From contig OZ176057.1 of assembly GCA_964247055.1 (NCBI GenBank), positions 1 to 64,000 of the forward strand: 64,000 bases of DNA. Reading direction: 5' to 3'. Made by a program: the position numbers and the translations under genes. Below the pieces are notes generated by a model. The model saw only the letters and a program-made list of their open reading frames with translations, had not been told where the DNA came from and searched no databases. This stretch comes from Paragordius varius (Eukaryota > Animalia > Nematomorpha). Each line of letters begins with the position of its first letter. Within the stretch, counting starts at the first letter, position 1. This document shows, piece by piece, positions 24,251 to 38,540 of the stretch.

Positions 24251-25485
24251 TATATATACTTTGCATCCTAAGCAGTGTGCAAAGCCATCTTAATAAAACG
24301 TTTGAAATTCATTTTAAAATTCGGATACCAAAATGAAACCGGTTCTAAAATCCGCGGTTCCGGAAATGTTAAAATTTTTAAGCGTCCAACCCGATTCAGG
24401 TTACATTCGCTTATAATTATGTGGACGTTTATTTGCCTGTTGTATTAGCGCTAAATTCCAAATATTTTTCACAATAATTTTTCTAAACAAAAATTGTTGT
24501 AGCATGCGCTCAATGCTAAAAATTTATTTTTAAATTTGGCCCATTATCTTGAATGGCTTAAAAGATATTCGATTAAATCGTTCTAAGGTAAAAAATACTT
24601 AAAAGGGCAATAAAGTGTTTTAAAATAAGACAACTATGCTATATTTATTAAGTCAAAATATAATTATTTTAGCTGGTAATCTTCTTTGCGAATTGAATAT
24701 ACGGATTTTGACAGTCTTCTTTTTTACCTGTATATGTTTTTAATATAAAATATTATCAAAAACGTTGGTAAATATATCTATGTACATACATTAAAAATGA
24801 AATTATATGGACAAAACCTAAGACAAATATTTTTTTCTAAAAAGACAGCTACACTTTTTAAATCTTAAATTATCAAAATTTGAAAAGTATTATATAGTAT
24901 ATTGATAACACAATCAATTATATTGATAACACAATGAATTATATTTATAATTTTATATAAATAATTTATAAGGAAAAATTTAGATTTAAAAAAGTATGGT
25001 TGTCTTTTAGAAAAAATATTTGTCTTTATATTTTTTACTGTACGCCACTTGTAATTATTTATACGAAACTTAAAAATTTTACATTTTTTTTAAAAATAAC
25101 CATTACGCAAAATAAGGAATAGTGATGTAAATTGGTAACAATAATAAATAATTTAGATAATATCAGGTTATAAAAAGTATGATTGCCCCTTTAAACAATA
25201 TTTTATCGGGCTTTGTCTATCTATATAATTTGAATTTTACTGTACATTTAATAATTTTTGTTTTATTTTCTTCGCCCAATCTTGGAATATACAGATGAAA
25301 TTATACGGACAAAACGTAAAAATAAAAGGACAAATCTTTTTTTTCAAAACACAACCATACTTTTTTTAAACCTTAATTTATCCTATAAAAAACCTTTTAA
25401 ACAATCGCAAAATACTTAATTTTGTTTTTTTTTCGTTTTGTCCGTATAATTGTAATGTATATTTGTAAAATTATTAGTTGATCAC

Positions 25486-28400
25486 TTATTTTATATTTGG
25501 CTTCAAATTCTAATTGTATGGTATTATTGTCCGAAGTTATGTTTGTTTCATTTAATCCTGATATGCGGTGAAATCGTATGAGAATTAGCATTTCTTGTCC
25601 AATGGCTGAAAATATCGCATCTTTGGGCAACTTAGTTCCGCACAACCTTAAATTTAATAGACAAAGAGATAACTATGGTTATATAAAGGCATTAAGATTG
25701 TTGTAAATTTAACAAAAAATATTTTAAAACCAATTTTTATCTTACGATCTTGGCGATTCAAAACTCCGAAAAGGTTAGTACGAAAAAAATCTGCGAATAA
25801 AAAATCAACCTAATAAAACGAATCTAAAAACCTTAAATAAAGCATAATAATATAATAGCAACACTAATTTAACAATATCATAAAAAATTTGTAAAAACAG
25901 CTTAATGTTAATAATCGGCTATGCGAGTGTTTCTATATATTAGATAAAAAAAGCTTATATTAACAGTTTTGTGAACTTAACGTCTGTAATTGGGACAGCT
26001 CCAAAAGTCGATTGAAACGAACAGCTGATATTAAAATCATAAAATATCAGTTTTTGCTGGTGTTAATGTAGCTTAAAAGCTTTAAGTTAAGTATTTACAT
26101 TTTGTAACATAATACGCATTTATTTGCTTTTGCATTAGCGATTCAAAAAAATTTATAGAAAAAAATGGCGGCAAAAAATTTTTGGATGAGCATTTTTTTA
26201 CAATTTTATTCTTAAAACATATAATGCGCCTAAAAGCCTAAAAAACAAATATTTTGGCCTTAAATATTTTTAAGATATTTAAATATTAAATCTGTGGGAT
26301 ATTAAACTACACCAAAAGTACAGTAGTAAAATTAAAATTAACGGAAAACGTAAAATTATAAAGAATTTAATTTGAGTCTTAAATTATTTAAATAAAATAC
26401 TTAAGAGAATAGAGTTTTATATATTTAAAAATAAATAATTTTCATTGGAAAATCTAAGGCTTAAAAGTATGGCGGTTGTCTTTTTAAAATATATTTGTTT
26501 TTATATTATTAGGTTTTGTCCACTATTTGATACCTTTCACCAGTTTGAGACAAATCTTGCAAAGTGCGAATCTCGACCCAATTCAAACATCTAATGTTAT
26601 CGGGTGCGCGGCCAGGAACATGCAGTTTTGTCACTTCTAATTTAATATCCTCGCATAGACCTGCCTATAATAATCATATGTGAAATGATCTATATAAGAC
26701 TAATTTATAATTAAAACATAGAAAATAATTTCAGTCACCATCTAATTAGACATTTTTGGTTTATTTATAATATAAAATACTGGTTATATAAAAGATCCTT
26801 GCAGCAAATAATTATATGTGGAGGGAAATTTTCAATTAAAATTTCTAATATAATAGGACTAATGTTAAATCTCAACCTTGGGCTATGGTTTTTATTTAAG
26901 ATTAGTTACCCAATCTTATTTTAGGTATATGGCGTAAAATAATTAATCAATATAGTTACCATTTACATAAAAAATTGGAAATAAATTAATTTATGCGTTA
27001 CTTTTATAAGGTAGGTGCATTGATTCAAATAATCGAGTGCCATTTATTTGAACGTATTCTATCAAAGTCACATTTTCATTATTATCACTGATAACATTTG
27101 TGGATGTGAAATTAGTTAGCTCTATTTTATGGTTAACGTATATATGGTTTTCTGGCGCTTCCTTACTACTTAAAATCTGAATTTTTCCGCAACCTATAAC
27201 CAAGAATATTTAGTAAAAATTTAATTTTAAGACAAAACGTAAAAACGTAAATTATTTTCATAAGGCGCATACTTTTCATCCTTGATTTTCTTCCAGATAA
27301 GCTATTTTACTAACATTTTTTTATATAATTGGATGTATTACCATTTAACACAACTCCTTTATCTTCAATCCAAAAATAATTCAAGTGAAAATATGGTAGA
27401 GCCTTTTAAAAATTTGCACATTTTGTCTGTATAATATTAATTATTACATTTTATAATTTTTTTCGTTTTAAACGATATAAAGAATGAAAGAAACTTTGTG
27501 GATGAGAATGCGGTGTTAAATGATCACAGTAGGGTCCTCCGTTAAAGCCATCCGGACACAGGCATTGGGTACAATTATTAGGGTTCGGATATCCATTTCT
27601 ATAACATTTGCTTGCACGATAAACATAATCGCATGTTTCTATTATTTATATAAAATATATGAATATGGAATCAAAATTGAAAAGGCCTAATTCTAAAGAA
27701 ATTTAATTGCAAAAACTTGAAAATTGGAGCAATTAACTATAAATATTGCAAGTTCTTCAGTATCTTTAATTAATTAAAATGGGGTTTATATGTACAGCTA
27801 CTTTCGACTTTATATGATATACATCTAATCTCTATGAGATAAGTGACCAAACTCGTGTCCTTGATCCGTCAAATTAGAAATAATAAAATATAATATTTCA
27901 AAAAGGTAAATAATATGCATGACATTATTGATGTTTTCAATTAAAACGAGAAATTTCGATTCGTTAGCCTTTTCTATTAGTATTTACCCATGATGTTACT
28001 CACTCTTTGATATATTTAATAGTACCTGGACAATATTCTTCATTAATAGCCTTAGCGTCAGAGAATGTTAGATATTCCCTGTTGCCCATACTAGGTTGCA
28101 ATCGTGGTTTTAACGTTTTCAAAGTCGGTTCCTTATTTTTGGACAATGCCTAATATATTAAATAAAAATATTATATAACATTATATTATATTTATCTGTC
28201 ATGCCTTAAAGTTATGGATGGTTTTTAAATGCGACACGGTCAAGCGTTTTATTGAGTATTGCCTTGTGGTTTAACCTCATTTATGTATATTTATTTGACA
28301 AATATTGCAAAAATAGGAAACCCTAATGTTGAACGAGAATATTTATGGCAATATGAATTGTCTCTAATTTTCTAATAGAAGGATATGTCTTCAAATTTTT

Positions 28401-31400
28401 TCGTAAAAATAGTTAACTCCATTGAACCGGTTGATGCGTAGTTACCGTAGCACGTAATTTAATATTCAATGGAAAGAAATTCTGATTAGTATTGTTAACA
28501 GAATCAAAGCAAGTTTTATCTATCAAAATTTAATTTACTCAATTGTAACATAATTTTTTTTATATAAATGCTAGGTCAAAACCTTGTTTTAATAGACAAA
28601 CGGAGACTTTTAAAATTTATAATCCGTAACTCATTCAGTATCAGTTCTTACACATAAACGCGTGTCAGGACAGAACTAATTTTTCAACATAAACTTATTA
28701 ATATATACTTTTTACAATTCAAATTGACCCTTAAACAATTCAAATTTACCCATGAACAATTCAAATTCACCCTAAAAATAAATTATGTGTTTTCGAGCTA
28801 ATATAACTCATAATTAATATGAAATATATCTTTATGACATAGTTTATTATTTTTCATTATTATTTTAATTTTAAACAACATTTTCTAAAAATTTAAAAAA
28901 ATATGAGTAATTTTAAATCTAATAAACACATGATTTATTTTAGGGTGAATTTGAGTGGTTCATGGGTTGATTTGTTCAAGGGTTAATTTAAATTGTTTAA
29001 ATGGTATATTAATCAATACATGCGGATCATAGTGCATTATGGAGCTGAGATCGTATGAGATAGTTAGGATTTTGGTATTATTTTTGGCAACTTTGGCAAA
29101 ATTACGATAAGCATCATTCTCTAAATTTTGGTATTGAACTTCAACATAAAAATCCCGATCTGGTCGACTTTGTTCGTGCCAAAGACCTAAAGCGTGACCA
29201 ATTTCATGAGCTATTTCACCCACCTACAGTTAGTTTACGATAAAAACGGAAATTATATAAAGGGACATAACATAAAAGTTAAAAGTCAAATATTTTTTTC
29301 TAAAAACCACCATAGTTTTGTAAACCTTACTTTTCCAATATAAACTTTCTAATCAGTGGTTCCAAAAGGAGAGCAACGCCCCCAAGATGAGCATAGAAAG
29401 GGCGCGAAAAATTTAGAGAATTAATTAAATAAAACTAGATTAAAATTTTCAGCTGCTAATTATTACTTTTCACTGATATGGAAAAATATTTCAAAAAAAT
29501 GATGTAAGGATGATTGGGATTTTATATAATATATTTTATATTTTTATCTTGGATTTTGAGAGGGGGAGCAAAAAATTTATTTTCGATTTGTTGGAACTTG
29601 AACGAAATAAGGTTGGGAGCTACTGATCTAATTAATATTTAATTGATTATATTACCAATTCACATCTCTATTTCCCACTATGCAGTTTAAAACAATGAGT
29701 TATATATGTTAATCAGGAAAGTATGTTTTTTCTCTATGTGTTTGTACAATTACAATATTTAATGTAATAAATACCTTTACCTGATAATATCTGTTGAGGT
29801 TCATGCTTTATTTGGCCCACAAACAAATTGATATATTTAAAAAACAAAGGCATAACAACGATGTATATGCTACTTACAGTGAATTTTAATTGTCGCTTAT
29901 TTTGCACTATAATTGGACCATTTGCAACAAAATCGTGTATGTAAAGAACAATAAAATGTTGATAATATATTTTTTCTTTCTTACATTATTTTGTTTTTTT
30001 TCCTTACGCTACTGTGTTGCGAATCGCCCAACTATTGTGTGCAATAAGCAACCATTAAAATGCATATTGTAATAGGAAAAAAAATATTGAACTTTTTAAC
30101 CTTGAGACTTCTATTTATATACAACAGTATGAGTTAGTATACATTGCTAGAAATTTATTAATTATTGTCAGATAGCATCTGCAGCAAAGAGATGTATTAT
30201 TGGCTAATTATAGTAGAAAGTGAAAAAATACCTATTAGCCAATAATACTGCCCTTTGTTGTCTATACTCTTTGGCAATAATTAATAACTTTCTAGCAATG
30301 TATACTTACTCATACTGTATATGTATTTATATCAAAAGATTGTCTAAAAACACTAACTTTCGCACATTTCGTTGTTATTGAAATGGTTTGTTCTCCGCCT
30401 GTTTTACCAATGTACGACCAACAGCTAACAATAGTAAAGGTAAATAAAATGTTGCCTTTTCTATATAAAAGAAATAGGTATTTTGAATTACCCAGCCCCA
30501 GAAAAAAATACTAAATGATCTCCTTGGACAGTTTCATTTGAGTTGTCAGGTATGGCTTGGAATCGTACGCAAGTTAAATTTTGCCAAAGATACATTGCTG
30601 CAATAATTTGATCATTTAGCAACGAATCTAATAAAATAATTTTATGTGCTGATTTAAAATTCATAAGAACTATTATAGAGTTAAAAAAAGGAAGCATGAA
30701 ACGTTGTTACTATACATAATTACCTAAATTGTATACTTCAAACACTAAATATATGGGAAAATAATTAATCCCACTATACATTTACATTTAATCATCTCCA
30801 TATTTTTGCTTGTTTAACTTTATTCCAATAGATCCCTATGTCTAAATGATTACTGGCTTTTATAAATTAATAGGTACTACTTAAACAAAGTCATAACTAT
30901 TTACATTTCATATTAATCAAAATGAACAATATTAATTACCAACCTTCCAGGTCTTCCAATTTATATCGGATTGGCATCGTATCTTTCCATGTTTTATAAA
31001 CTCTGGATACTTTTTTGGGTAATATTGAATTCAAATTCTGTTCCGTTGTTTGGGAAAAATTGCTTCCGAAATAATATTGGGCTGTTTGAGGTGTCAAAAC
31101 AATATCCGTTTCAAATAGGCCATTGCTTTTGGTTGAGGGCGTAACTTTTTTGCTAGTACTTTTTTTATATTCAGTAGTTTGATAATTATCAAGATATGCC
31201 ATATATCTTTGAACTAATTCGTATTCTTCCCATGTTCGGCCCTTTAATATCTCGCGATCATCCTTGACACTTATTGGCCTTTGAAATTTGGCTTGTATTT
31301 GTGAACTTAAATAATTTTCCGGTATTTTTTCGGCATATACAAAACTGAAATTGTTTGAAAACTCAACATTACCAGATAAATCATCGATTGTGTTAAAATT

Positions 31401-31535
31401 ATTGGTTAATTCTGAATCGGAAGCATTTTGATATTGAAAGTAAGATGGTGCTTTGGATACAAACACGAACGCATACTGAGGTCGCAAAAAAAGACCCAAA
31501 AAATAGAGTAGGAAGAAGTATAAATCATGATACAT
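25486..31535 (-). CDS. Secreted astacin (M12A) metalloprotease: signal peptide, prodomain, astacin, EGF, CUB (nematode NAS-like architecture); multi-exon
   Basis: GT-AG exons with matching phases: 31535-30944, 30627-30492, 30424-30358 (CWSYIG), 29223-29020 (HEIGHALGLWHEQSRPDRD; Met-turn SIMHY), 28149-28026, 27638-27495 (EGF: CYRNGYPNPNNCTQCLCPDGFNGGPYC), 27193-~27002, 26636-26534 (CLNWVEIR..TGER) and 25646-25486 (LCG..). A possible last exon lies at 24727-24669. One CUB-region exon may be missing from this model. Confidence 0.9.
28723..29005. repeat. Foldback element in an astacin intron, with ACAATTCAAATT(C/T)ACCC subrepeats
   Basis: The left arm (~28723-28790) and right arm (~28925-29005) are reverse complements. 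A related one-arm copy lies at ~5536-5660. Confidence 0.7.
29354..29625. mobile_element. hAT-type MITE (family B)
   Basis: Termini CAGTGGTTCC..AA / TTGGGAGCTACTG. A homologous copy lies at ~35915-36160 in an AUH intron. The TSD is degraded. Confidence 0.55.
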
Positions 31536-33221
31536 TTTATAATTGAAAGAAATTATGCTTATTGTAGAATAATAAAATGGCCTTGAACACACTATATGAA
31601 CATTAATAATTTTTTCAATAATTTTTTAGGTTAAAAAAACATTTTTTATCTATAATCGGTTAAAATTTTCATTTTTTAACGCCCATTGATAGCACATGTA
31701 TTTAATTTACAATTTTATATAAGTGAATAATTTGTAAAAATCTATATATCAGTTAAACAAAAAGCTTACCTGAAAAAAAAACTTCAAAACGATTGATAGG
31801 TTTAGGAGTCATGATAATGTTAATATGTTTATTTATATATAATTATAATTTAATCAAATCATGATGGGAGCTAAAACATTTATATCGTCCATTTTTAACA
31901 GGATTGCAAGAATTTTATTATTGAAAGAGAACGTGATAGAGATTCAAAAGATTCAAGCTAAGAAAAAATGACCACTCATCCGATAAATCTCAGGACAATG
32001 ATTCTGATTCCAGTAAAAATCCGAGGGATCGCCATGAATATGATGGAAGCAGATAGAGGGGGTATTTATTTATTTTAGAGTTTCGTTTTCATTTTAGCCA
32101 TCCACGACACCGTTTTCAATTATAAAGACTATATTTACTCATAATACAAAAATGAAACCGAAAATTTTATTGGAAGTTGTGTTGATTTCTTATTCACGAT
32201 TTCAAATAAGAATATATTAGTTTCTTAACATAAATTTTTTATAATAAGAACAAATAATAATATTGATGTGAGATAACCCCGTTCTAAGAACCAAGTTTTT
32301 CAAAAAACGGCCTTAATTTTTTTAAGCGGATGTTGCCCACAAAAAGGTTAACGTGCAGTTACAGTTATCGGTGAGTTTTTATTATTATCTTTCTTTCTCA
32401 TTTAGATGATGAGAAATACAACCGTCATAATAGCAGAAATTCGGATGAAGACAGGAATCTGAAGATTTAACTACAAACGATGAAGATGTTGCCGAATTCG
32501 ATGATGTTAATGAAAGAGATAAACGAAATAAAAAAGATATTAAAAATATATGCAAACCTATGTTCTGCCATACCATTAATAAATATTTTAATTTACTTGA
32601 TTGTAAATAATATTTAATAAAAGTATTGATTCGAACTTGGATCCTGATGTTAAATTTTTCAGTATATAAAACTATTAAATTATTACTGCTCTTCATATTC
32701 CCACTTATACCATCCACAAAATTAGTGATAAAAAAATTGTGATAAAACATACATTATCACAGATTTTTGATTAAGAATGATTTGTGAAAAACCAATATGT
32801 AGAAAGAGAATATTATAACAACATCTGCATAAATGACAATTATCAATTCTTTTACTACACCGAACGAGATATTACTAACGGGGTATTTTTTGTCCAAAAT
32901 ATTCGAATAAGGCGTGTAAATAGTAATTATTTATGTGTATATATATGCACAAAGTAGGTTTAAGTATGAAATGTATAATCATTGTAAAGCTTTTCAAAGT
33001 ATGGGTGTCGATATTAATGAATGGTGTTATTAAGGGGGTCGGTTTTAGGAAAATGTGATTCAATAATTGTTTTTGAAAACAGAAAGCATAAATTTATTTA
33101 AACCAAATTCTGAAAATGTAATTGGACCCTTCTAAATTAGGCTAATTTATTTAAAGTCAAGCAAGAAAGCCGAATAGCCATAAGAATGTTTATACATAAT
33201 TATAACAATATTAAAAACATA

Positions 33222-33505
33222 CAGTGAAAACCTAAATTATACGGACAAAACTGAAAATAAGACAATTATTTTTTTCTAAAATACAACCATACTTTTTTAA
33301 TCTTGACTTATTTCAATATAACTCATTGTTTTAAATGGCAAAGTATGAAATAGAGATATATATTACTAACACAATCAATTCAATTACACTTGTATTTAAA
33401 TAGCTTATATGGGAAACATTAATGTTGTAAAAAGCAAGGTTGTCTTTTAGAAAAAAATATTTGTCTTTATATTTTTCGTTTTGTCCGCATAACATTAATT
33501 TTTAC
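33222..33505. mobile_element. MITE family A copy
   Basis: TA-CAGTG..ATTATACGGACAAAAC start and GTTTTGTCCGCATAA end. Further copies at ~36608-36865 and ~60999-61235. Confidence 0.65.
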
Positions 33506-34347
33506 CAAATCAATTGAAAATTAACTAACCTTACGATCAGCATCATTCCTATATTAGAAAAGTATTTTTACTATCAAAAAGCTTTTTATACCGTTTCCAT
33601 CATGCCTAAATATAGTAGAAAATATGCTTACTTGCTAAAAATATGTATTTTTTTATAATTTTTTTTAATATAATATTATACTTCAATATTTTATGGCGCA
33701 ATCCCGGTATTTTGGCGTCTAGAAGCACTAGCTCTTAGAAAGAAAAAATGTGACGCAGCCAACATCTAAAAATTAAATTTGACATATAGTTTTGCCTTTA
33801 TAGGTAGTTATTTATTGTTTTTTTGGGATAAGCAAATCAGCTTTCTTTAAAAGTTTTATTTCAAATTAATTGCTCAAATTTTGCCATTTTCCACCACAAA
33901 AATATAAATAACTTTCTTATATCACTCATAAGGTCCAAACCATAAGCACCATCATAATGATACCTTCTATCAGAATAGTTTATTTTTTGTACTTTATTAC
34001 AATCGTAAAATATTTAAAACAATTTTAAATATGTTTAATAATGAGTTTTAAAAAGTAGAGCAGCCTTATATTGAATTTATTTGTATTTTGTCATAATTTA
34101 AACTGTTACTTGGACAATACTACCTCATAGTTCCTATACATATGGATCATCTTAATTTTTTTTTTAAAAAATACGACAACAAATAAAACTTTATTTTGTT
34201 CGAAAACTCCTTTTCGCTTTAAAAACTAGAATAATATAATTTTTTAGGTTAAGCATATGATTTAAAAATTTGACATTACTGGTGTGAAGAATATCTGCAT
34301 TTTCAAAATAATAGATAAAAATTTAGGTATATCTAAAATTACTGTAG

Positions 34348-37300
34348 GAATTTATGCTATTGAGTTAAACAGACCAACTGTAAAAAATGCCTTAAACGTA
34401 GAAATGCTCGATTTAGTACTAATTTAATCCATTTTATCTCAAATAAAGCTAATAACTTTTAATATGTAATTTTATTAAGTTTGAAAATATATTTTATATA
34501 ATATAGCTGTCGAATCACGTTGAAACCGCTTCAAAAGAAACTAATTGTCATGCAATCATCTTACGTAGCCTTGTTCCCGGTGTTTTTTGCTCAGGTCTTT
34601 TTCCCATTAATAAAAAATATTTAATTTATAAGAAAAAAGAACTCATTTAATACTGGCTTTACTTTTTCGACCTAAATCCGAGCTCTGTAACGTGTTTCGT
34701 CCATAGTCTTTTTTTAAGTTTTTCCTGATTTTATTTGGATCAGTAAATCAAGAACAAAAAATAATTTAAATGATGAATTTTGTCAAAATTTGTTTTGACT
34801 ATTTTAATGATAGCTGTGGGCGAGTATTAACCTTATTTTTTATTTGGATTTGTTTTATTCGAATATTACAATGACAATTATTTTTTGGATTATTTGTAGA
34901 GAGGAATTTTTTTAAGTCCAAGGTGCTGGCTGGCCTTGTTGGAAACACATGTTGAAAGTTTAATACGATTTTTTTTAAAATGTTCCATTTTCATTTGGGA
35001 ATTTTATCCTAAATATGAGTGGAACATCACATCTAATTAGATGTTCATTTAGTTTTATTGTTAGAAAGCTAATTCTTAAACGATATTTTTGTCCGAATAG
35101 AAACCAGAATGAGGATAGTCGTCAAAAGCCATCATTAAAAATTTAAATTTCAAATTTACTTTACAATGTAATCACACGTTAGGTTATATCTATAACTAAT
35201 ATTATGCTTTTCTTAATAAAATATTGATTTTTTCAACTTGATTATTTCTATATTGATTGTTATTTGTAGCAATCAAATGTTTTGATCATTTTTTAGGGGC
35301 AGATCTTAAAGAAAGAATATGTATGCCAATAGAACGGGTCGGAGATCATGTTCAAAAAATGCGCAATATTTTCCAACGTTTCTATCGACTTCCACAATTA
35401 ACGATTGCGGCTTTAGATGGTTCAGCTTTTGGTGGGGGTTTAGAATTGGCCCTATCAGCTGATATGAGAATAACCAGTATTTAATATACTTTTTATTTGA
35501 AATTAATTATTGAAAAGACAAAACGTTAAATAAATAGGTAAATATGTATTTAAATATAACGACCATTTTTATCCTTTACTTATAGTTTTTCCAAAAAAAT
35601 TCTCTACCACATATTTTAACATAAATCATAAGGGTTATATTTAATTTAATATCTTAGTTTTAGCATTTTTAATTATTACTGTATGGAAATTTAAACGTAT
35701 CAATATATATCACTTTAGCTGACACTTCTAAGCTTGGTTTAGTTGAAACGAAATTAGGCATCATTCCTGGAGCTGGTATACATTTGAATGAATATATATT
35801 AACGATAAATATGAAAATTAAATCTATATATAAATTCTAAACCTTTTTATTATCATTTAGATTCATTTTGTTCAAATTTTACTAAATTTTTGCGCTTAGT
35901 AAAGGCTGTAAAACAGTGCTTTCCAACGCGAATAATTTGGAGAATTTAATTAAATAATAAAACCTTAAACAAATCGAAGAATTTCAGGTGCGAATTATCA
36001 TAATTTGTAAGCGATATGGAATTTGAAAAATGCAGATATAGGGATCTCATTGATTGGGCTTATAATATAAAATATTTTACATTTCATCTTGAATTTATTG
36101 AGAGGGGCGCAACAATTTTTATTTCAATTTGTTAGGGCCTCAACAAGAGCACTCCTTTAGATTAATATTGTAAGACGGAACGCATAAATCTAAATATATT
36201 TTTTATGTTTGAAGAGCTTTTTCTTTAAGAAAAACTACGCAATTTTTAAGAATTATTTTCCTTTTTAAAGGTGGAACCCAAAGATTAGCAAGACTGATTG
36301 GTACTCTTAAAGCTAAAGAACTCATTTTCTCCGCTTCTATTATTGATGGACAATTAGCCCAACAGCTGGGTTTAGTTAATCAATCCATCAAAATTGAGGA
36401 CACACCTAAGACAGGTTTTTAATTCAAACACTTAACTTAAAAACCCTTTTGGAACCACCAAATATTTTTAAACAAAATTATTATGCTTATTTTAGAGGCG
36501 GTTAATGTTCCGATTAACGATTTAAGGAATATGTTTATTTTAAAAGTTACTTTTTCCAATTTTTTACCTGAATCTCTATTAATCAAATTCCTTTGTTTTG
36601 GTATATGCAGTAAAAGTAGAATTTATACGGGCAAAACTTAAAAATTTAAAGAATTTTTTTCAAAAACAACAATATTTTTTTAATCTCGAATTTTTTATTA
36701 TAACTCATTGTTTAAATTTGGAATTTATGAAACAGAGATGTATATGGAAACATAATCAATTAAATTTATAACGATTTTGACTAAATAATTATAAAGGAAA
36801 ATTTTAGATTTAAAAAGTATGGTTGTCTTTTGAGAAAAAATATTTATCTTTTTTTACGTTTTGCTTGATTATCCCTAATTGGACTTTCTTGACATTTTTT
36901 TGGAATATGTAAAACAAATGGAACCATATTTTTAGGTCATAAATATTACTTGGAACCGGTGAAAATAGTAAATATGTCTATATCCGATTAGATTACAAAT
37001 TTTTAATCATTTTTTATAATTATAGCTCATTTATTATAATAGAGAATTCAAACGAAAATAGGAATGTCATTTTCCCAGCTTACGAGAGATCCCTGGAATT
37101 AGCAACTCAAATTTTGCAAAATTGTGTAAATTATTTATATCCAAATATATTATTATTTACCTTAATGTAAAATTTATAAGAGGTTTTTGAATGAGATAAT
37201 TAATTAAGCTTGTGTTAGTCGATTTTTTTCTATTGATTTAGGACAAATCATTAGTTTCGACCTTTGGTTTTCTAAAATTATAACTTGTAAAACTTTTTTG

Positions 37301-37562
37301 TGCTTTATTATTGTAGAGTCCTTTGAGTATTCGTTGTGCTAAAAAAGCCATAGATGAAGGAATGAACACAACAATGGAAAATGGTTTAGAAATTGAAAGA
37401 ACTTGTTATGAAACTGTACGTAAAATTCCAATAATTAATTATGCTATTAAACATTTTGTCTATAATAAATTTTATAATATTTAGGTCATTTATTCAAACG
37501 ACAGATTGGAAGGCTTAAAAGCATTTACTGAAAAAAGGAAACCAATTTTTAAAGGGAATTAA
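34348..37562 (+). CDS. AUH: Methylglutaconyl-CoA hydratase (AUH-like enoyl-CoA hydratase); multi-exon, 5' exon(s) not resolved
   Basis: Exons 34348-34415 (IELNRPTVKNAL), 34507-34594 (ILRSLVPGVFCSG), 35297-35476 (ADLKER..IAALDGSAFGGGLELALSADMR), 35719-35775 (GLVETKLGIIPGAG), 36271-36414 (GTQRLARLIG..AKELIF), 37043-37125, 37317-37415 and 37485-37562 (DRLEGLKAFTEKRKPIFKGN*). These motifs fit AUH better than other crotonases. Confidence 0.88.
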
Positions 37563-38540
37563 TTAATTGATATTGTTTTATTAATAAATTTATTTATATA
37601 AACATGAAGATTATCAGTTAGTTTTGTTAGATAAAAAGCGTGATGATGAATGTCCTTTTTAATTATTAAATTAGACACAAAGTATACGTTGTTAGCGAAA
37701 TTTAAATAATTCCACTTGATGTGGGAATCTATTGTGTTAAATTTAAAAAATTACTTCTTGACCTTTTTTGATGTGTAAAAAAACTAATGAAACATTTATC
37801 TATCACAGAGTCCTTATATTGTTGTGTGATTAACTTTTAGGCCTATAATAATTATTTATAAAGACGGGTATAATCAGTAAAAAAAATTTCATTTATTAAT
37901 ATTTTAAAAAATTCATACTTCTGCCTAATCTAATTTATTATTCTGAATATCATATGTTATATAGTATTATAGCCAATTTAAAGAAATAGAATATTTGATT
38001 GTCATGAAATATGAGAGCCCTAAAGTAGGTAGATATCAAGCAAAAAGTTTTAAAAATATTTCCTAAAAATTAAGCTATTATAAGATATCATCTTGGATAT
38101 AGGGTAATACTTTGAAATGAATTTATAGCATTTTTTATTCATTATTGAGCGAAATTTAGAGTAATTTACATACTGCAAAGACAACGTGTTAAAATTAAAT
38201 AATTTTTTAAAAAAATTAACCATATCTTCTCTTAATTCCCTTTAAATTTATCATCTCTTTATGTGAAACGGGGATTTATCTCAATTATATGACTTGTAGG
38301 AAATATCTTGCAATATGGCGTAACTATTCATACGAAATAGCTAAAACAACGATATCTAGGTTATGAAAAGTATGGTTGTTTTAATAAAAAAATTTGTCTT
38401 TTAGTTTTAATGCTTTGACTGTCAAATGTTTGGTATAATAAGATTTTTGATCTAGTTAAAAATTGTTTTAAGCATGAGCTTCTATAACTTGCGCAACAAT
38501 CATTTTATTAAATTTAATGTTTTTTAAATTTTGACAATAA

